A stretch of 64,000 nt of DNA from Macrostomum lignano (Eukaryota): contig NIVC01002311.1 in assembly GCA_002269645.1 (NCBI GenBank), positions 93,672-157,671 of the forward strand, read 5' to 3'. This document shows positions 62,228-64,000 of this stretch, one piece after another. The position numbers and the translations under genes were made by a program. The notes under the pieces are model-generated. The model was not told the DNA's origin. It ran no database searches and saw nothing but the letters and a program-made list of their open reading frames with translations. Numbering within the stretch: position 1 is the first letter of the stretch; the number at the start of each line of letters is the position of its first letter.

Positions 62228-62521
62228 TCAAAGCTGAACACCAGCCATCTGAGCTTCCAAAGCGGACTTCAGCCGTTGCAACTCTTCTATCTGTTGACGA
62301 ACAGCTTCAGAATTTTCGTTGCCGGCGTCGAATTTCTCGACACTGCCGTCTCGCGCTAGTGCTGGCATTGTTGTTGGAGAAGCAGCCACAGGCGGCGTTG
62401 AGCTGAGCGCCTGGCGTTGCTCCAGCTGTTGACGAAACGAATTTAAAGAGGTCGCTAAACCGACACGACGAGACTGGCAGGCCGCTTCTAGGGAGTCCAG
62501 CAGCTGCTCAGGGTCTGACAT
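62228..62521 (-). CDS. 97-aa ORF with two predicted coiled-coil stretches; separate small gene or exon of a neighbour
   Basis: GC-rich and exon-like, with heptad-like VRQQIEELQRLKSALEAQM and an AG acceptor (aattctag) shortly upstream of the ATG. No family recognised. Confidence 0.5.
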   Translation of the reverse strand: MSDPEQLLDSLEAACQSRRVGLATSLNSFRQQLEQRQALSSTPPVAASPTTMPALARDGSVEKFDAGNENSEAVRQQIEELQRLKSALEAQMAGVQL

Positions 62522-62604
62522 TGTCGCTGAGTTTATTGTTCCTGCTTCTGCTTCTAGAATTATTGCATGAAGTAGAGAAATATGATGATTTAGACTTTAT
62601 CCTG

Positions 62605-63190
62605 CACAGATCTATCCAATACTACAGATCTATCCAACGCTACGCAGATCTATCCAATGCTATTACAGATCTATCTAATGCTAAGCAGATCTATCCAATG
62701 CTATTACAGATCTATCTAATGCTACATAGATCTATCCAATGCTACACAGATCTATCTAATGCTACACCGACACAGATCTATCCAATGCTACGCAGATCTA
62801 TCCAATGCTATTACAGATCTATCTAATGCTACATAGATCTATCCAATGCTACACAGATCTATCCAATGCTACACCTACACAGATCTATCCAATGCTACAC
62901 CTACACAGATCTATCCAATGCTACGCCTACACAGATCTATCCAATGCTACGCCTACACAGATCTATCCAATGCTACACCTACACAGATCTATCCAATGCT
63001 ACGCCTACACAGATCTATCCAATGCTACGCCTACACAGATCTATCCAATGCTACACCTACACAGATCTATCCAATGCTACACCTACACAGATCTATCCAA
63101 TGCTACACCTACACAGATCTATCCAATACTACACCTACACAGATCTATCCAATGCTACACCTACACAGATCTATCCAATACTACAAGATC
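62605..63190. repeat. 26-nt minisatellite tacacagatctatccaatgctacacc
   Basis: Seen directly. Confidence 0.95.
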
Positions 63191-63440
63191 AATTGAATGC
63201 TATAAAAATCTGTTAAACCCTACATACACAGGTCTTATGGATTCAATCAAAGACAAAATAAAATGCTACAAAAAGTATGTACCAAATAGAGAGCAAGCAT
63301 TTAAACTTTAGCCCTCGTTCTATTCTTCATCATTAGCAATGCATTATACTTTTAAAAGGCCAAAGAGGCAAAAATGACCTGCAGAAAATGCACATAATCA
63401 ATTTAATAGTAAACAAACGTGCTGGAAGTGATTTGTTAAA

Positions 63441-64000
63441 CTAATCGTCACTTTCATTATCAGCATCATTCTCATCAGCATCATCATCCGAGGCCTCAGA
63501 TTGTTCATCTTCATCAGCGTCACTATTCTCTTCATCGTAGACTATTCGTCGCTTCTTAGCGAACGGACCAGAGGAACTGGCTGCTTTAGCCTTAGCCTGC
63601 CTAGCCTTAGCCTTAGCCTCTCGGTGTCGCTGTTTAACCATCTGCCTGTACAACTGCTTGTCCACAATGCTTCCGCTTCTAGTTGACGTTTGGCTTTGTC
63701 TATGGCCAGACCTGCCTCGCCTTCGCCCTCGCCCTCGCCGTCGACTTGTTTCTCGGCCCGACGGCTACTTGCAATCGACGCGGATCGGCGACGGCGTCGC
63801 CTTCATCGTCGAATAGTACTTGAGTGAACGGCCGGATACCCTTGCTCAGAATGCGCTTGGCTAGCCTGGCTTTAGTCAGAGTCTTCTTCTTTTTCTGCTT
63901 CGACGTACTCTTGTCGTCGGAGTCGGATTCGTTCAACAGTTGATGATCATCAATTGGCTGCTGGTTCTGTTTAGTCTGCTTCTTTTGCTTCTGCATCTGA
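63441..64000 (-). CDS. DDX10: 3' part of a DDX10/Dbp4-like DEAD-box helicase gene (partial), with two single-base frameshifts
   Basis: KKKTLTKARLAKRILSKGIRPFTQVLFDDEG, GLAIDKAKRQLEAE and VDKQLYRQMVKQRHREAK followed by an acidic tract resemble the DDX10 C-terminus as recalled from the human protein. The helicase core is outside the window. Confidence 0.68.

Overview
This is eukaryotic (animal) genomic DNA with GC-rich exons and a different minisatellite in most long introns. It resembles a flatworm such as Macrostomum, but that is inference from composition only. Genes reconstructed by hand from GT-AG junctions and phase: a complete 12-exon ATP-citrate lyase (ACLY, +, 5903-30134, 1110 aa); a DEG/ENaC channel (+, 33295-35851, one frameshift, probable terminal exon); an 8-exon DHX37/Dhr1 helicase (-, 61508-54006, 1047 aa); the 3' part of a DDX10/Dbp4-like gene (-, window end); and a short coiled-coil ORF between the last two. 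Mobile DNA: a decayed DD34D mariner, an 8-bp-TSD MITE, two tRNA-derived SINE families (one CORE-like) and a Penelope-like retroelement (PLE) at about 43.2-50.8 kb. The PLE is the most unusual object. It has an upstream SGNH-like ORF that ends in U-UUA-AAC-UAG and overlaps the RT frame by -1 (candidate programmed frameshift). Its Zn-knuckle plus GIY-YIG endonuclease lies before, not after, the linker segment that normally joins RT and endonuclease. It also has a minimal hammerhead-ribozyme-like motif after the ORF and long direct repeats containing two minisatellites. Several single-base indels in the window may be assembly errors, which limits confidence in any frameshift claim.
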